Assembly: GCA_963703345.1 (NCBI GenBank) | Contig: OY969814.1 | Location: 160,001-224,000 of the forward strand | Length of the DNA stretch: 64,000 bases | Source: an uncultured Chloroflexia bacterium | Lineage (GTDB): Bacteria; Chloroflexota; Dehalococcoidia; DSTF01; JALHUB01 | Direction of reading: 5' to 3' | In this document: one piece after another, positions 18,179 to 28,085 of the stretch | Layout: each line of letters opens with the position of its first letter | Position numbering within the stretch: position 1 is the stretch's first letter | Position numbers and translations under genes: made by a program | Notes under the pieces: model-generated | Databases searched by the model: none | What the model was told of the DNA's origin: nothing | The model's input: only the letters and a program-made list of their open reading frames with translations

Positions 18179-19690
18179 TCAATTCGCGGTGGCCTTGACG
18201 CGTTCCTTCATTGACATTGAGGCGAGTCGCTTCACCTCGTCCAGGCTCAAGCCGAGCCCCTTGGCCACACGCTCCCCATACTCTGCGTCCGCCCTGTGGA
18301 AGAGAGCGGTCTGCCGTAGCTGGAGGCGTCTCTGAGCGTTCTTCAGGTGCGAGACGATGTTGCGGACCAAGTGCTCGCGGTCCTCTTCGGTCATGACCTT
18401 GCGATAGAGGTCGCCCGCCTGCACGAAGTCCACGTCGCCCAGTTCATACGAGTGGCGCGCGGCCATTCCGGCAACGTCGATTGGCGGCGGCGCGACGGCG
18501 GGATCGGGAGCCGGGCCGCCGAAGCTGTTCGGCCAGTAGTTCGGACCGCCTCCGCCGTTGTCGTCAGAGCGCATGAAGCCGTCCCGCTGATAGCTCCGCA
18601 GCTTGGTGGCCTTCGGCGCGTTGACCGGAAGCAGGTGATAGTTGGGGCCGAGTCGGTGCCGGTGGGTGTCGTGATAACTAAACAGTCGCCCTTGGAGCAT
18701 CTTGTCGGGCGAAGGGCCGATGCCGGGAACGAAGTTGCCCGGTGAGAAGGCCGCCTGCTCAACCTCGGCGAAGTAGTTTTCTGGATTTCGGTCGAGTACC
18801 AGACGGCCGACATCCACGGGCGGGAAGTCAGCGTGCGGCCAGACCTTTGTTATGTCGAAGGGGTCGAAGCGGTAGCTCTTGGCCTGGTCAGGGGTCATGA
18901 TCTGCACCTCGAGGCGCCAGGAAGGGTAATCGCCGCGAGCAATCGACTCATACAGGTCGCGAGTGACGCAGTCTGGATCGACGCCCCGCATACGTTCGGC
19001 TTCCTCGCCGGTGAAGTTCAGAATTCCCTGCTCGGTCTTGAAGTGGTATTGCACCCAGCAGTACGCGCCTTCGCGGTCGTACCACATGTAGGTATGGCTG
19101 CTGTACCCGTTCATGTTGCGATACGTCCTGGGGGTGCCGCGGTCCGAGAAGAGGATAGTGACCTGATGGATCGATTCAGGGGTCAGGGAAAGGAAGTCCC
19201 AGAACATGTCCGGGTCCTTGAGGTTGGTCGCCGGGTTGCGTTTCTGGGTATGAATGAAGTCGGGAAACTTCAGGGTGTCGCGGATGAAGAAGACGGGAGT
19301 GTTGTTGCCCACCATGTCGTAATTGCCTTCTTCGGTGTAGAACTTGACCGCGAAGCCACGCGGGTCGCGTTCTGAGTCCGCCGATCCCTTCTCTCCCCCG
19401 ACAGTGGAGAACCGCGCAAAGACCTCGGTGCGCTTTCCCACCTGGGAGAGGAATTTGGCACGCGTGTACTTGGCAACATCGTGAGTCACCTCGAAGTAGC
19501 CGTGGGCGCCGGCACCCTTCGCGTGAACAACGCGTTCGGGGATCCGCTCGCTGTCAAAATGGGTGAGCTTATCGATCAGGTGGGCGTCCTGAATGAGAAC
19601 CGGGCCTTTTGCCCCGGCAGTCACCGAGTTGAGATCGTTGTCGACCGGCATCCCGAAACCGGTTGTTAGGGTTTCCTGTTCGTCCTTCAT
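18179..19690 (-). CDS. katA: Monofunctional heme catalase (small subunit)
   Basis: [18 protein letters not shown]; RFSTVGGE; [11 protein letters not shown]; RLFSYHDTH. Confidence 0.97.
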   Translation of the reverse strand: MKDEQETLTTGFGMPVDNDLNSVTAGAKGPVLIQDAHLIDKLTHFDSERIPERVVHAKGAGAHGYFEVTHDVAKYTRAKFLSQVGKRTEVFARFSTVGGEKGSADSERDPRGFAVKFYTEEGNYDMVGNNTPVFFIRDTLKFPDFIHTQKRNPATNLKDPDMFWDFLSLTPESIHQVTILFSDRGTPRTYRNMNGYSSHTYMWYDREGAYCWVQYHFKTEQGILNFTGEEAERMRGVDPDCVTRDLYESIARGDYPSWRLEVQIMTPDQAKSYRFDPFDITKVWPHADFPPVDVGRLVLDRNPENYFAEVEQAAFSPGNFVPGIGPSPDKMLQGRLFSYHDTHRHRLGPNYHLLPVNAPKATKLRSYQRDGFMRSDDNGGGGPNYWPNSFGGPAPDPAVAPPPIDVAGMAARHSYELGDVDFVQAGDLYRKVMTEEDREHLVRNIVSHLKNAQRRLQLRQTALFHRADAEYGERVAKGLGLSLDEVKRLASMSMKERVKATAN

Positions 19691-20198
19691 CTAATCCCTC
19701 TTTTCTATAGAGATTGGCGTTGTCGGATCACGCCTCTTTCTCTCCCTTCTTCTTACAGCGCAGGCACAACCCTCGCAGTTCGACGTGGATTGCCTCAACG
19801 GTGCCCATCGAATCGACCTCGGCGAATTACTACTAACTAATACTCTTCCGCCATTTGGCCCGGCTGTCAAGACCCGGTCAAGCGTTGAAATGACGGGACG
19901 GAGCAAGTGCAATTGCCGCGCTGAACACGGTGCTAGGGAGGGCTCTCGAGCCTAAGCACTGGACTCGATGGGAAATCGGTCGGTCCGGGCGGTGAAGGCG
20001 GCGGATTGGCGGATGTCAGGAACTGCCCACGAATCCAGCGGTGCGCGAAGCGGCTGCTTGCGGACGAAATGCCGATGGGAAACACTAGACGGTCATGGAG
20101 CACGACAGCCTACCGTTGCTGAAGGACCGCGGGGTGGGAAACAAAGACGCTGGCAAGAGGCGAGGGCGGACGGGCGAAGGGGAATCGGGTGAGGGCCG

Positions 20199-21896
20199 CT
20201 ACGTCTGTCGTTCGTAGGGCCAGGCGACGACCCCACCCTCCATCACCTGCACGTTCTTCCAGCCGTTCGCCTCCAGGATCAACGACGCCTCATACGCTCG
20301 GAGAGATACCCGGCAGAAGCAGATGATCTCGGCGTTCTTGTCCTCGGGAAGGTCGTCCAGTCGGTCACGGAGAGTAGGCAGAGGTATCAGCTTCTCGCCC
20401 AGTCCAAGCCGCATCTCCCGGTACTCCTCAGGGCTACGACAATCGATGATGAAGCTGGGAGCGCCGCTGTCGACCCTCCCCTTCACCTCTCGCGTCGAAA
20501 TGCCCTTCAGCCGCCCTTTTCGCTTGTTCTGCATGATGTGGGCCATCATAATCCCGTGATCGATGGCCAGCGAGAACGGTGGCGCGTAGGGAAGGTCGGC
20601 GCTCACCACATCTTCGACGGCGAGATCGCCCCTTATGGCCATCGCCCACTGCGCGATCTGTCTGGAGACGTCGCCGGGGCCGACGCACTGGGCGCCCAGA
20701 ATTCGGCCGCTCTTCTTCCCGACAACGAGTTTCGAGACAAGCAACTGCCCGTCCATGTACCCGGGCTTGTCCAAGCTTGCGCCAATCACAGTGACGACAT
20801 CTAGGCCGGCATCGCGGGCAGATCCCTCATTAAGGCCGGTTGCGCCGGCGGCATAATCGAATACCTTGCAGATGCCGGTAGCGATAGTGCCGGGGAAAGT
20901 CACCGTGTTGCCGAGAGCGGCATTCTCTCCCGCGACGCGCCCCTGCAGGTTCGCCAAGTCGCCGAACGGCGCGTGGACTGCCTCGGCGGTGATCAGATTC
21001 TTAATCTCGACGCAGTCCCCAGCCGCGTAGATGTTCTCGTCCGACGTCTGCATGTACTCATTCACGATGACGCCGCCGGTGGCCCCGATAACGAGGCCTG
21101 CCTCTCGGGCAAGAGTCGAATTGGGTTTGACACCGACCGCCAGCACCGCGAGTTGGCAAGGAAGCTCAGTGCCATCGGCGAGCCGGACGCACGTCAGACT
21201 TCCGTCGTCCCCCAGGAAGGCCGCGAGACCGTTGCCGATGATGACATTGACGAACTTGGTACGCAGGTGGTTCTCGACCAGCTTCGCCATCTCCCAATCG
21301 AGGAAGCCGAGTATCTGGGGCTGCAGCTCGACCAGTGTGACCTCGATGCCCGACGCACGCAGCGCCTCGCACCCCTCCACGCCGATCAGCCCGCCGCCGA
21401 TCACCACCGCCTTGGCCGTCTTCCTTGCATCATGAATGCGTCTGAGGTAGTCGGTGTCGCTCATGTTGTGCAGCGTTGTGATGCCTTCGAGATTGATGCC
21501 AGGGATGGGCGGCACGTTGGGAACGGCGCCGGTCGCCAGGATCAGGCGGTCGTAAGGTATCTGCTCTGTCTCGCCGGAGCGTATGTCTCTGCACAGGACC
21601 GTCTTTCCCTCACGGTCGATGCCGACCGCCTCAGTCTCGGTGCGGGCCGTGATGCGCTTGACGCTCCAAAAATAGGCCGGGTTGCGGATGGGCCCCGTCC
21701 CGGCCGAGAGCAGAGCGTTCCGGTCGTTGAAGTAGCCGCCGACGTAGTAGGGATAGCCACAGCTGGCCATCGACAGTTCCGGCTCCCTCTGGATGATGGT
21801 TATCTCCGCTTGCTGGTCGAGTCGCCTTGCTTTGGACGCCGCCTTCGGCCCCGCCGCAACGCCGCCCACCACCACGATTCTCTTGTTTGCCGGCAT
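20199..21896 (-). CDS. CoA-disulfide/persulfide reductase-type flavoprotein with C-terminal rhodanese
   Basis: GGVAAG; SMASCGYPY redox Cys; GGGLIG; IYAAGDC; YAPPFS; rhodanese CRVSLRA. Confidence 0.92.
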   Translation of the reverse strand: MPANKRIVVVGGVAAGPKAASKARRLDQQAEITIIQREPELSMASCGYPYYVGGYFNDRNALLSAGTGPIRNPAYFWSVKRITARTETEAVGIDREGKTVLCRDIRSGETEQIPYDRLILATGAVPNVPPIPGINLEGITTLHNMSDTDYLRRIHDARKTAKAVVIGGGLIGVEGCEALRASGIEVTLVELQPQILGFLDWEMAKLVENHLRTKFVNVIIGNGLAAFLGDDGSLTCVRLADGTELPCQLAVLAVGVKPNSTLAREAGLVIGATGGVIVNEYMQTSDENIYAAGDCVEIKNLITAEAVHAPFGDLANLQGRVAGENAALGNTVTFPGTIATGICKVFDYAAGATGLNEGSARDAGLDVVTVIGASLDKPGYMDGQLLVSKLVVGKKSGRILGAQCVGPGDVSRQIAQWAMAIRGDLAVEDVVSADLPYAPPFSLAIDHGIMMAHIMQNKRKGRLKGISTREVKGRVDSGAPSFIIDCRSPEEYREMRLGLGEKLIPLPTLRDRLDDLPEDKNAEIICFCRVSLRAYEASLILEANGWKNVQVMEGGVVAWPYERQT

Positions 21897-22143
21897 GAGA
21901 CTTCCTCCTGAAATTACCCTTCTGATTATTGTGGAGGAGGGTGACATGAGGAAGCAACGCGCCTTCAAGGGCTGCTATGTGGAGTTGCACGAAAGAATTG
22001 CCGCACCGCAAGCAGAACGACCGGACGGGCAGGAGTTCCTGCGAACTGGGCGTTTCGACCGGGCAAACTGCTGGTGCGGTGGCAAGCCCAAACCGTTGGC
22101 GTTGGGCAACCGGGAACGGTCCGATAAATGCTAAGGTTTTCAG

Positions 22144-22159
22144 CAATTGGTCACAAAGT
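22144..22159 (+). repeat. 16-bp direct repeat (putative integrase arm site), copy 2
   Basis: Identical to 2015-2030, 124 bp inside attR. Confidence 0.6.
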
Positions 22160-22283
22160 TCGCTGCTGGCACCGGTAGTCGTCGGCAGGCGATGGTATGG
22201 ACGCTATCGATCTCAGATACAGAAAGGGCATAAAATCAACGCGCTAGCATGTGTCGGGAGGGTTTGATAGCGACGGCATGAAA

Positions 22284-22350
22284 CTTCAAAATCGTTGCGG
22301 GGCGGCCTGCGCCGTCCCGGGTGGGTTCGACTCCCACCCACTCCCGCCAG
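22284..22350 (+). repeat. attR: duplicated 3' portion of tRNA-Sec
   Basis: Identical to 1744-1810; lacks the 5' acceptor strand and D arm. Confidence 0.95.
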
Positions 22351-22397
22351 CAAGGCCCGCTCTTCCCCACAGTCACTCCTGAGCTTAGTCTGACAAC

Positions 22398-23420
22398 ATG
22401 AAGATCTGCGTGTTCTACGGCGAAGACGAGTTTTCGTTGCGAGAAGAGCTTGCCGCCCTCAAGTCAGAGATGGACAGCGATGGCGTGCTTGCGACCAATA
22501 CGGTCGTCCTCGACGGCCGCGCGCTGAAGCCGGGCGAGCTCCTGTCGGTATGCGCGACCATACCTTTCCTCGGCGGGAGCCGCCTCGTCATCGTCGAAGG
22601 GCTGCTCCGTCGCTTTGAGAGCCCGCGTTCGGGCAGGCGCCGCGAGGAGAGCGGATCGCGGGAGGGCGTAGGCCCGTGGAAGGCGCTGCCAGCCGGGCTG
22701 GCGGAGCTCCCCGATTCCACGACGCTGGTCCTCGTGGACGGCGAGTTGGGAGCGGGCAACGCGCTGCTGCGCCTGCTCGCGCCGGTCGCGGAGACGCGCG
22801 AGTTCCCCTCGCTCCGACAACGGGCTGTGCCGGAGTGGATCCGAACGCGGGCGGCCAAGCTCGAGATGGACATCTCGCCGCGCGCCGTCTCATTGCTGGC
22901 GGAACTCGTGGGGAACGACCTGCGGGCGCTGTCGCAAGAGTTGGAGAAGCTGGGCGTCTACGCGCAAGGACGCAAGATCGAAGAAGAGGACATGAAGGCG
23001 CTGGTCAGCAATGCCCGCGAAGCCAGCGTCCTGGCGATGGTCGACGCGGTCGTCGAGAGGCGCACGGGCATCGCCTATCGGCTCCTGGAAGAACTGCGGG
23101 ACGAAGGTTTCTCCTCGACACGGCTTCTGAGCATGATAACGCGCCAGTATCGCCACCTGATCCTTGCGAAAGAGCTCATGCTGGCGCGCCTCTCGCCTTC
23201 GGAGATAGGGCAGCGATTGGAGATCAGGTCAAGCTTCGCCCTAGGCAAAGTCATGGAGCAGTCGCAGCGCTATTCGATGTCGCAACTGGAAGCGGCCGTT
23301 CGCTGCCTGCTGGAGGCCGACGCGTCAATCAAGCGGGGCGTCTACGATGAAGACATGGCCGTGGAGATGCTCCTCGAAGACCTCGCCACACTCAGCGGGC
23401 GATTCGCCGGGACCGGCTAG
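22398..23420 (+). CDS. holA: DNA polymerase III delta subunit
   Basis: FYGEDEF; TIPFLGGSRLVIV; GNDLRALSQELEKL; ADASIKRG. Confidence 0.92.
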   Translation: MKICVFYGEDEFSLREELAALKSEMDSDGVLATNTVVLDGRALKPGELLSVCATIPFLGGSRLVIVEGLLRRFESPRSGRRREESGSREGVGPWKALPAGLAELPDSTTLVLVDGELGAGNALLRLLAPVAETREFPSLRQRAVPEWIRTRAAKLEMDISPRAVSLLAELVGNDLRALSQELEKLGVYAQGRKIEEEDMKALVSNAREASVLAMVDAVVERRTGIAYRLLEELRDEGFSSTRLLSMITRQYRHLILAKELMLARLSPSEIGQRLEIRSSFALGKVMEQSQRYSMSQLEAAVRCLLEADASIKRGVYDEDMAVEMLLEDLATLSGRFAGTG

Positions 23421-24046
23421 AACGCCCGACCGATGCGGAAGAGCACTTTCCCCTGGACTTCGACGTTGTCCGCGTCGGTGTAGATCGGCTTCATCGCTTC
23501 GTTTGCGGGCTGCAGACGGACGCGGCTCCCCTCGCGGTAGAACTTCTTGAGCGTAGTTTCCTGCTCTCGCCTCAGCCACGCCGCCACCATGTCGCCGTTG
23601 TCGGCGCTGGCTGCCTGCTGCATGATAACGATGTCGCCGTCGTCGACGAGCGCGTCGATCATCGATTTGCCCTTCACGCGCAGAGCATAGACGTTTCCGC
23701 GGCCGCCGGTCATCTCCTCCGTCACCTCCACCACGTCGCTGTAGTCTACGCTTCCTTCCGGCACCGGTATCGGTTGGCCGGCGGCAATCTGGCCAACGAT
23801 AGGCACCCTCACGGTCCGGGAACGGCGTCCCGAGCCGTCGAGCAGATCGATGGCGCGCGAAACCTCTCTATCGCGATGGATGTGGCCCATGCGCTCCAGC
23901 GCCTTCAGGTTGTAGTCCACAACGGAGGTTGAGCTGATACGGCACTCCTCCTGGATGTCGCGGATGCTCGGCGGGTAGCCCTTCTCCCGTATGAACCGGC
24001 GGAGGAAGTCGAGTATTCCGCGCTGTTTGGGCGACAGGTCCTTCAA
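23417..24046 (-). CDS. lexA: SOS repressor LexA
   Basis: GYPPSIRDI wHTH; IAAGQP cleavage site; GKSMID Ser; TLKKFY Lys. Confidence 0.96.
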   Translation of the reverse strand: MKDLSPKQRGILDFLRRFIREKGYPPSIRDIQEECRISSTSVVDYNLKALERMGHIHRDREVSRAIDLLDGSGRRSRTVRVPIVGQIAAGQPIPVPEGSVDYSDVVEVTEEMTGGRGNVYALRVKGKSMIDALVDDGDIVIMQQAASADNGDMVAAWLRREQETTLKKFYREGSRVRLQPANEAMKPIYTDADNVEVQGKVLFRIGRAF

Positions 24047-24076
24047 ATTGCACCTCCAGCATCGTCATTGATGGAC

Positions 24077-24088
24077 GAACGCTTGTTC
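24077..24088. promoter_or_regulatory. LexA (SOS/Cheo-type) box
   Basis: GAAC-GCTT-GTTC, 30 nt upstream of the lexA start. Confidence 0.8.
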
Positions 24089-24223
24089 TGTCAGGCAAAT
24101 TAGCACGTCTGCTCGATCACTGTCAAGCCCTGTTTCGAGAAAAGGCAGAAGATTGCCAACTGAGCCGAACGGACTCTAGAATACGAATAGGAAGCCACGC
24201 CTGCTGACGAAGGAGCGTCAAAG

Positions 24224-24925
24224 TTGCCCGACGACAAAGAACCGCGGCGCGCTCTGGCAATCTCAGCCCATCCGGACGACACGGAGTTCGGTTGCGCGGG
24301 CACCGCTGCTCTCTGGACGAGAGAAGGCTGGGAGTTCTATTACCTCATTCTGACGAACGGTGCCAAGGGCAGCGATGACCCAGACATGACGCCCGAGAAG
24401 CTGGCACCGATTCGCAAGCAAGAGCAGCTGGCCGCGGCGAAGGTAGTGGGGGTGAAAGACGTCTTCTTCTTGGGCCACGAAGACGGCGAGCTCACCTACA
24501 GCCGACAGCTGCTCGGCGAAGTCGTCAGGCATATCCGCATGCTGAAGCCCTACGCCGTCTTCACCAGCGACCCGGAATCGATAATCGTCCGCGACAGCTT
24601 CATCAACCACTCGGACCACCGCTGCGCCGGGCTTGTCGCAATCGACGCCGTGTATCCTGCAGCCCGCGACCGCTGGAACTTTCACGAGCATATCGAAGAG
24701 GGGCTGGAGCCACACAAGGTCAGCGAGCTCTACGTGTGGTCGTTCGACAAGGCGAACTTCAGTGTCGACATTACCGACGTGATGGAACTGAAGCTGGAGG
24801 CGCTTTCTCAGCACCGCAGCCAGTTCGGCGACAGCCCTGAGTTTCTCGACTACATCCGTAGCCGCTGGCGCGACGAAAAAGGACGCCACGTCGAGAGCTT
24901 CCGCCGCGTCGTTCTGGCCCGCTGA
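24224..24925 (+). CDS. PIG-L/LmbE family deacetylase
   Basis: AHPDD; GHEDGEL; HSDH; HRSQ. Confidence 0.9.
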   Translation: MPDDKEPRRALAISAHPDDTEFGCAGTAALWTREGWEFYYLILTNGAKGSDDPDMTPEKLAPIRKQEQLAAAKVVGVKDVFFLGHEDGELTYSRQLLGEVVRHIRMLKPYAVFTSDPESIIVRDSFINHSDHRCAGLVAIDAVYPAARDRWNFHEHIEEGLEPHKVSELYVWSFDKANFSVDITDVMELKLEALSQHRSQFGDSPEFLDYIRSRWRDEKGRHVESFRRVVLAR

Positions 24926-24937
24926 CGCGGGCGCTGC

Positions 24938-26845
24938 TCAGCACAGTAGGCGGTTCAGGGTCTCCCGGACTTCGCGTATCTTGAAGGGTTTCGCCAGGCA
25001 GACGTTGGGGACTCTCTGGAGGAAATCGCGCGTCTCGGCGCTGACCGTGTCGCCGGTGATGAACACGGTGTTCCGAGCAAGTTCGGAGTCCATCTGCTTG
25101 ACGCGCTGATAGAGTGCCTGGCCACCCATCCCGGGCATCTTGATGTCTGTAATCAGCATGTCGTAGCCGTGGTCCGCCAAATACGATAGGGCCTCCTCAC
25201 CGTTGCTGGCCGTGTCGACCCTGTGGCCGTCGGCGGCCAGCACGTCGCGAAGCAGCGCCAGGATGTTCTCCTCATCGTCCACGACGAGTATGCGTCGGCT
25301 GATCTCCGCCGGCTGGAGCTCCGGCTCGCATTCGGGCGCCGGCAACTCCGGCCCTTCCACGATCGGCAGTTCGACGACAAACGTCGCGCCCCGATTCGGA
25401 CGGCTTTCCACGCGAATCCGGCCGGCGTGGTCATCGACGATGCCGTAAGAGATCGTCAGACCCAGGCCGGTCCCCTGGCCACCCTCTTTCGTCGTGAAGA
25501 AGGGATCGAAGACGCGGCGCATGTTCTCGGCTGGAATTCCGATTCCGTCGTCCGTGAATGAGAGGAGGACGTAGCCCTTCTCGGCGCGCGTGCGGATCTT
25601 CAACTTGCCTTTGCCGTGCGCGCTCAGCATGGCTTGCTCGGCGTTGGTGATGACGTTGAAGAAGACCTGCTGGATCTGATCGGGGTCCGACATCGTCAGG
25701 GGCAGGTGCGGATCGAGGTCAAGGTCGAGGTCGATGTTTTTGACCCGAAGGTCGTAGCTGCGCAGCTCGAGCACGCGTTCGAGCAGGGTGTTGAGGTTCA
25801 CGAGGCCCTTCTGCGCTTTCCGCCTTCGCGCGAACGAGAGCAGGTTCTGGACGATCTTGGCGGCGCGCTCCGCCTCGCTGTAGATGGTCTCGACATCCCG
25901 TCGCGTCTGTTCATCCAGATTGCGATTGAGAAGCAACTGGGCAAAGCCGGTAACGCCGGTCAAGGGGTTGTTCAATTCGTGCGCCACGCCCGATACTAGT
26001 TGGCCGACGCTGGCCATCTTCTCCGACTGAAGCAGCCTCTCCTGCATCAGGTGCTCTTCCGTCACGTCTCGGAGGACGATGACAACGCTTCCTTCGCCGC
26101 CAACTGTCGTGGCTGTCGCGGAGATATGGCGCTGGTTGTCTTCGCTGAAGCTAAAATCCTTGTGCTGCGGTGTGCCGGGTTGGGTCAGCGCTTGCTGGGC
26201 CAGCGCATCGAGCGGCGTGAGTCTGATCGACGCTTCGACCCCTTCGGAGCGGCCGGTCAGAGCAGCGATGAGGGCGCCGGCCCGAGCGTTCGATAGCACC
26301 GTCTTCATCTCCCTGTTCACCACCATTACGCCGTCCTGGAGACCGTTCACGACGTATTCGGCGAGCTTTCTGTCAACGAGGCCGGCCTCGTCCAGCCGCT
26401 CGAGGAACGCGGACGCCAGTTGAGCGGAGGCGTAGACGATGGCGCTCTTCTCGGCCGGGAAGGCGTCGATTGCTGCCGCACTGACTCTAATGAGCCCAGT
26501 TGCTCGGCCGCGGACGATGAGAGGCGCATCAATGGCGGAGAGCGCTGGCCCACCCCAGGCCTCGCCTCTGACAGGCCCGTTCCCCAGGTGGAAAACGTCC
26601 GGGGGCATTGCGACGCAACTCTGATGAGCGCCACCGGAGAAGCGGCGAAGGCCGTCCAGCACTCCCTCGGCGAGCTTCTGGGCGAACCGAGGTTGCAGAG
26701 GACGCGACGCAAAGACGACGGACCGGTCCTCGCCGTCGCGGCAAAGCACAGTGGCTGCGGCGTCGAACTTAAGGAGCGGACGCAGCGCCTCGAACAGGAG
26801 TCGCAGCACCTCGGTCTGAGTCAGAGATTGACGTTCGGACGGCAT
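24938..26845 (-). CDS. Hybrid sensor histidine kinase (GAF-like, PAS, HisKA, HATPase, REC)
   Basis: GVAHELNNPL; NAEQAM; DDGIGI; FDPFFTTK; GTGLGL; ILVVDDE...TDIKMPG...LAKPF. Confidence 0.93.
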   Translation of the reverse strand: MPSERQSLTQTEVLRLLFEALRPLLKFDAAATVLCRDGEDRSVVFASRPLQPRFAQKLAEGVLDGLRRFSGGAHQSCVAMPPDVFHLGNGPVRGEAWGGPALSAIDAPLIVRGRATGLIRVSAAAIDAFPAEKSAIVYASAQLASAFLERLDEAGLVDRKLAEYVVNGLQDGVMVVNREMKTVLSNARAGALIAALTGRSEGVEASIRLTPLDALAQQALTQPGTPQHKDFSFSEDNQRHISATATTVGGEGSVVIVLRDVTEEHLMQERLLQSEKMASVGQLVSGVAHELNNPLTGVTGFAQLLLNRNLDEQTRRDVETIYSEAERAAKIVQNLLSFARRRKAQKGLVNLNTLLERVLELRSYDLRVKNIDLDLDLDPHLPLTMSDPDQIQQVFFNVITNAEQAMLSAHGKGKLKIRTRAEKGYVLLSFTDDGIGIPAENMRRVFDPFFTTKEGGQGTGLGLTISYGIVDDHAGRIRVESRPNRGATFVVELPIVEGPELPAPECEPELQPAEISRRILVVDDEENILALLRDVLAADGHRVDTASNGEEALSYLADHGYDMLITDIKMPGMGGQALYQRVKQMDSELARNTVFITGDTVSAETRDFLQRVPNVCLAKPFKIREVRETLNRLLC

Positions 26846-27152
26846 CCTGCACCCAAGCTTCTTTACGACGGAGGCATAGTCAGGCTAGCATAAAGATCCT
26901 GCGGCGGCAATCGGGAATTGCGCTCGAATCATCGTTAACCTGTAGTCAGAACCGTTCCCCTTACCTTCGAAAAGCGCCTAGGCGTATCCATCCGCCCCGG
27001 TTGGTGAAGAGCCGCGTGTGCCTCAGCAATCGCGTTCGCCACAATACGGGGTTCTCCTTATATGACAAAATCCCGTGATCATCGATACTGATTCACGGCA
27101 AGGATACCTGTGGCGGGGAATCCACCGATTCAACGAGACTTGGAGGTGCCTA

Positions 27153-27938
27153 GTGGCTTCCCAAGCCGACGCCGCCGCAGCCGCCGCGATCACGCCCTTT
27201 TCCGAACAGCCCCCCCAGCCAGAACTACGCGACCTCGTCCATGACTACATGCCGCTGGTGCGACACGTGGTCAACCGCCTCGTCGTTGGTTCGAGCGGCT
27301 CATCCATCCTTCAGTACGAGGACATGGTGAGCTGCGGCATGCAGGGCCTCATCGAAGCCTATCACTCATTCGACGCCACCAAGGGGGCGAAGTTCTCCAC
27401 CTATGCGCTGCCGCGCATTCGAGGGGCGATTCTCGATGCCTTGCGCGCTGCTCATCCGCTGCCCCGCTCTCTCCAGAAATTCTCCTCGGAGATCGAAAGC
27501 ACGATCAGCATTCTCCACAACGAGTTCGGGCGGGCGCCAACACGGGCGGAGCTTGCGGAGCGGATGGGCATGCCAATGCCTCAGTTTCTGGCCTCCCTCA
27601 GTCAGGCAAACGTGAAGATCGTGTCGTTGGATAATCTGGCTGACATGGCCGTGAACGGCAACAGTGAAAGGCTCGTGGAAATGGCGGACGAGGACCCCAG
27701 CATCGACCCGGACCAGGTCGCACAGCAATCGATGGTCAAGACAAAGCTCCAACAGGCAGTCAGCAATCTGCCGGAGCGCGAGAGGATTATCGTCCAGCTC
27801 TACTACATCGAATCGCGTTCTTTGAAAACCATCGGGAGGGCGCTGGGCATATCGGAATCCCGCGCTTCCCAGTTACGGCAGCGGGCGCTCCGGCGCCTGC
27901 GAGCAGCCCTCGTACAAGATATGGAGGAGGCGGCCTAA
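27153..27938 (+). CDS. FliA/WhiG-family (sigma28-type) RNA polymerase sigma factor
   Basis: EDMVSCGMQGLIEA; KFSTYALPRIRGAILDALR; region 4 IGRALGISESRASQL; GTG start after GGAGG. Confidence 0.92.
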   Translation: MASQADAAAAAAITPFSEQPPQPELRDLVHDYMPLVRHVVNRLVVGSSGSSILQYEDMVSCGMQGLIEAYHSFDATKGAKFSTYALPRIRGAILDALRAAHPLPRSLQKFSSEIESTISILHNEFGRAPTRAELAERMGMPMPQFLASLSQANVKIVSLDNLADMAVNGNSERLVEMADEDPSIDPDQVAQQSMVKTKLQQAVSNLPERERIIVQLYYIESRSLKTIGRALGISESRASQLRQRALRRLRAALVQDMEEAA

Positions 27939-28085
27939 AGTTGTCTGCGCCGCTGGCGACCCTCTTATTTCCGCGATGCTCCTCAAGAACCTCAGCGCAT
28001 CACGTCTCCGCTTACAGGAATGCACGGTCATGGTTTGGGAGTTTCCCTATAGGAGTCTGAAGCGCCGGGCGCTAGCATAGGGACG

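Larger units (their letters stand above)
1744..22350. mobile_element. Genomic island integrated in tRNA-Sec; no integrase visible
   Basis: Flanking 67-bp tRNA-derived direct repeats 20,540 bp apart; accessory cargo and gene fragments; housekeeping holA resumes right after the right repeat. Confidence 0.88.

Noticed and set aside
19823-19848. PerR/Fur box upstream of catalase
   Set aside because: AT-rich patch with only a poor match to known consensus palindromes
21946-22134. 62-aa ORF with a good SD near attR (possible excisionase)
   Set aside because: No HTH or other recognisable motif; cannot be supported
22284-22350. Second tRNA-Sec gene
   Set aside because: Only the 3' part is present, with no 5' acceptor strand or D arm; it is the att repeat
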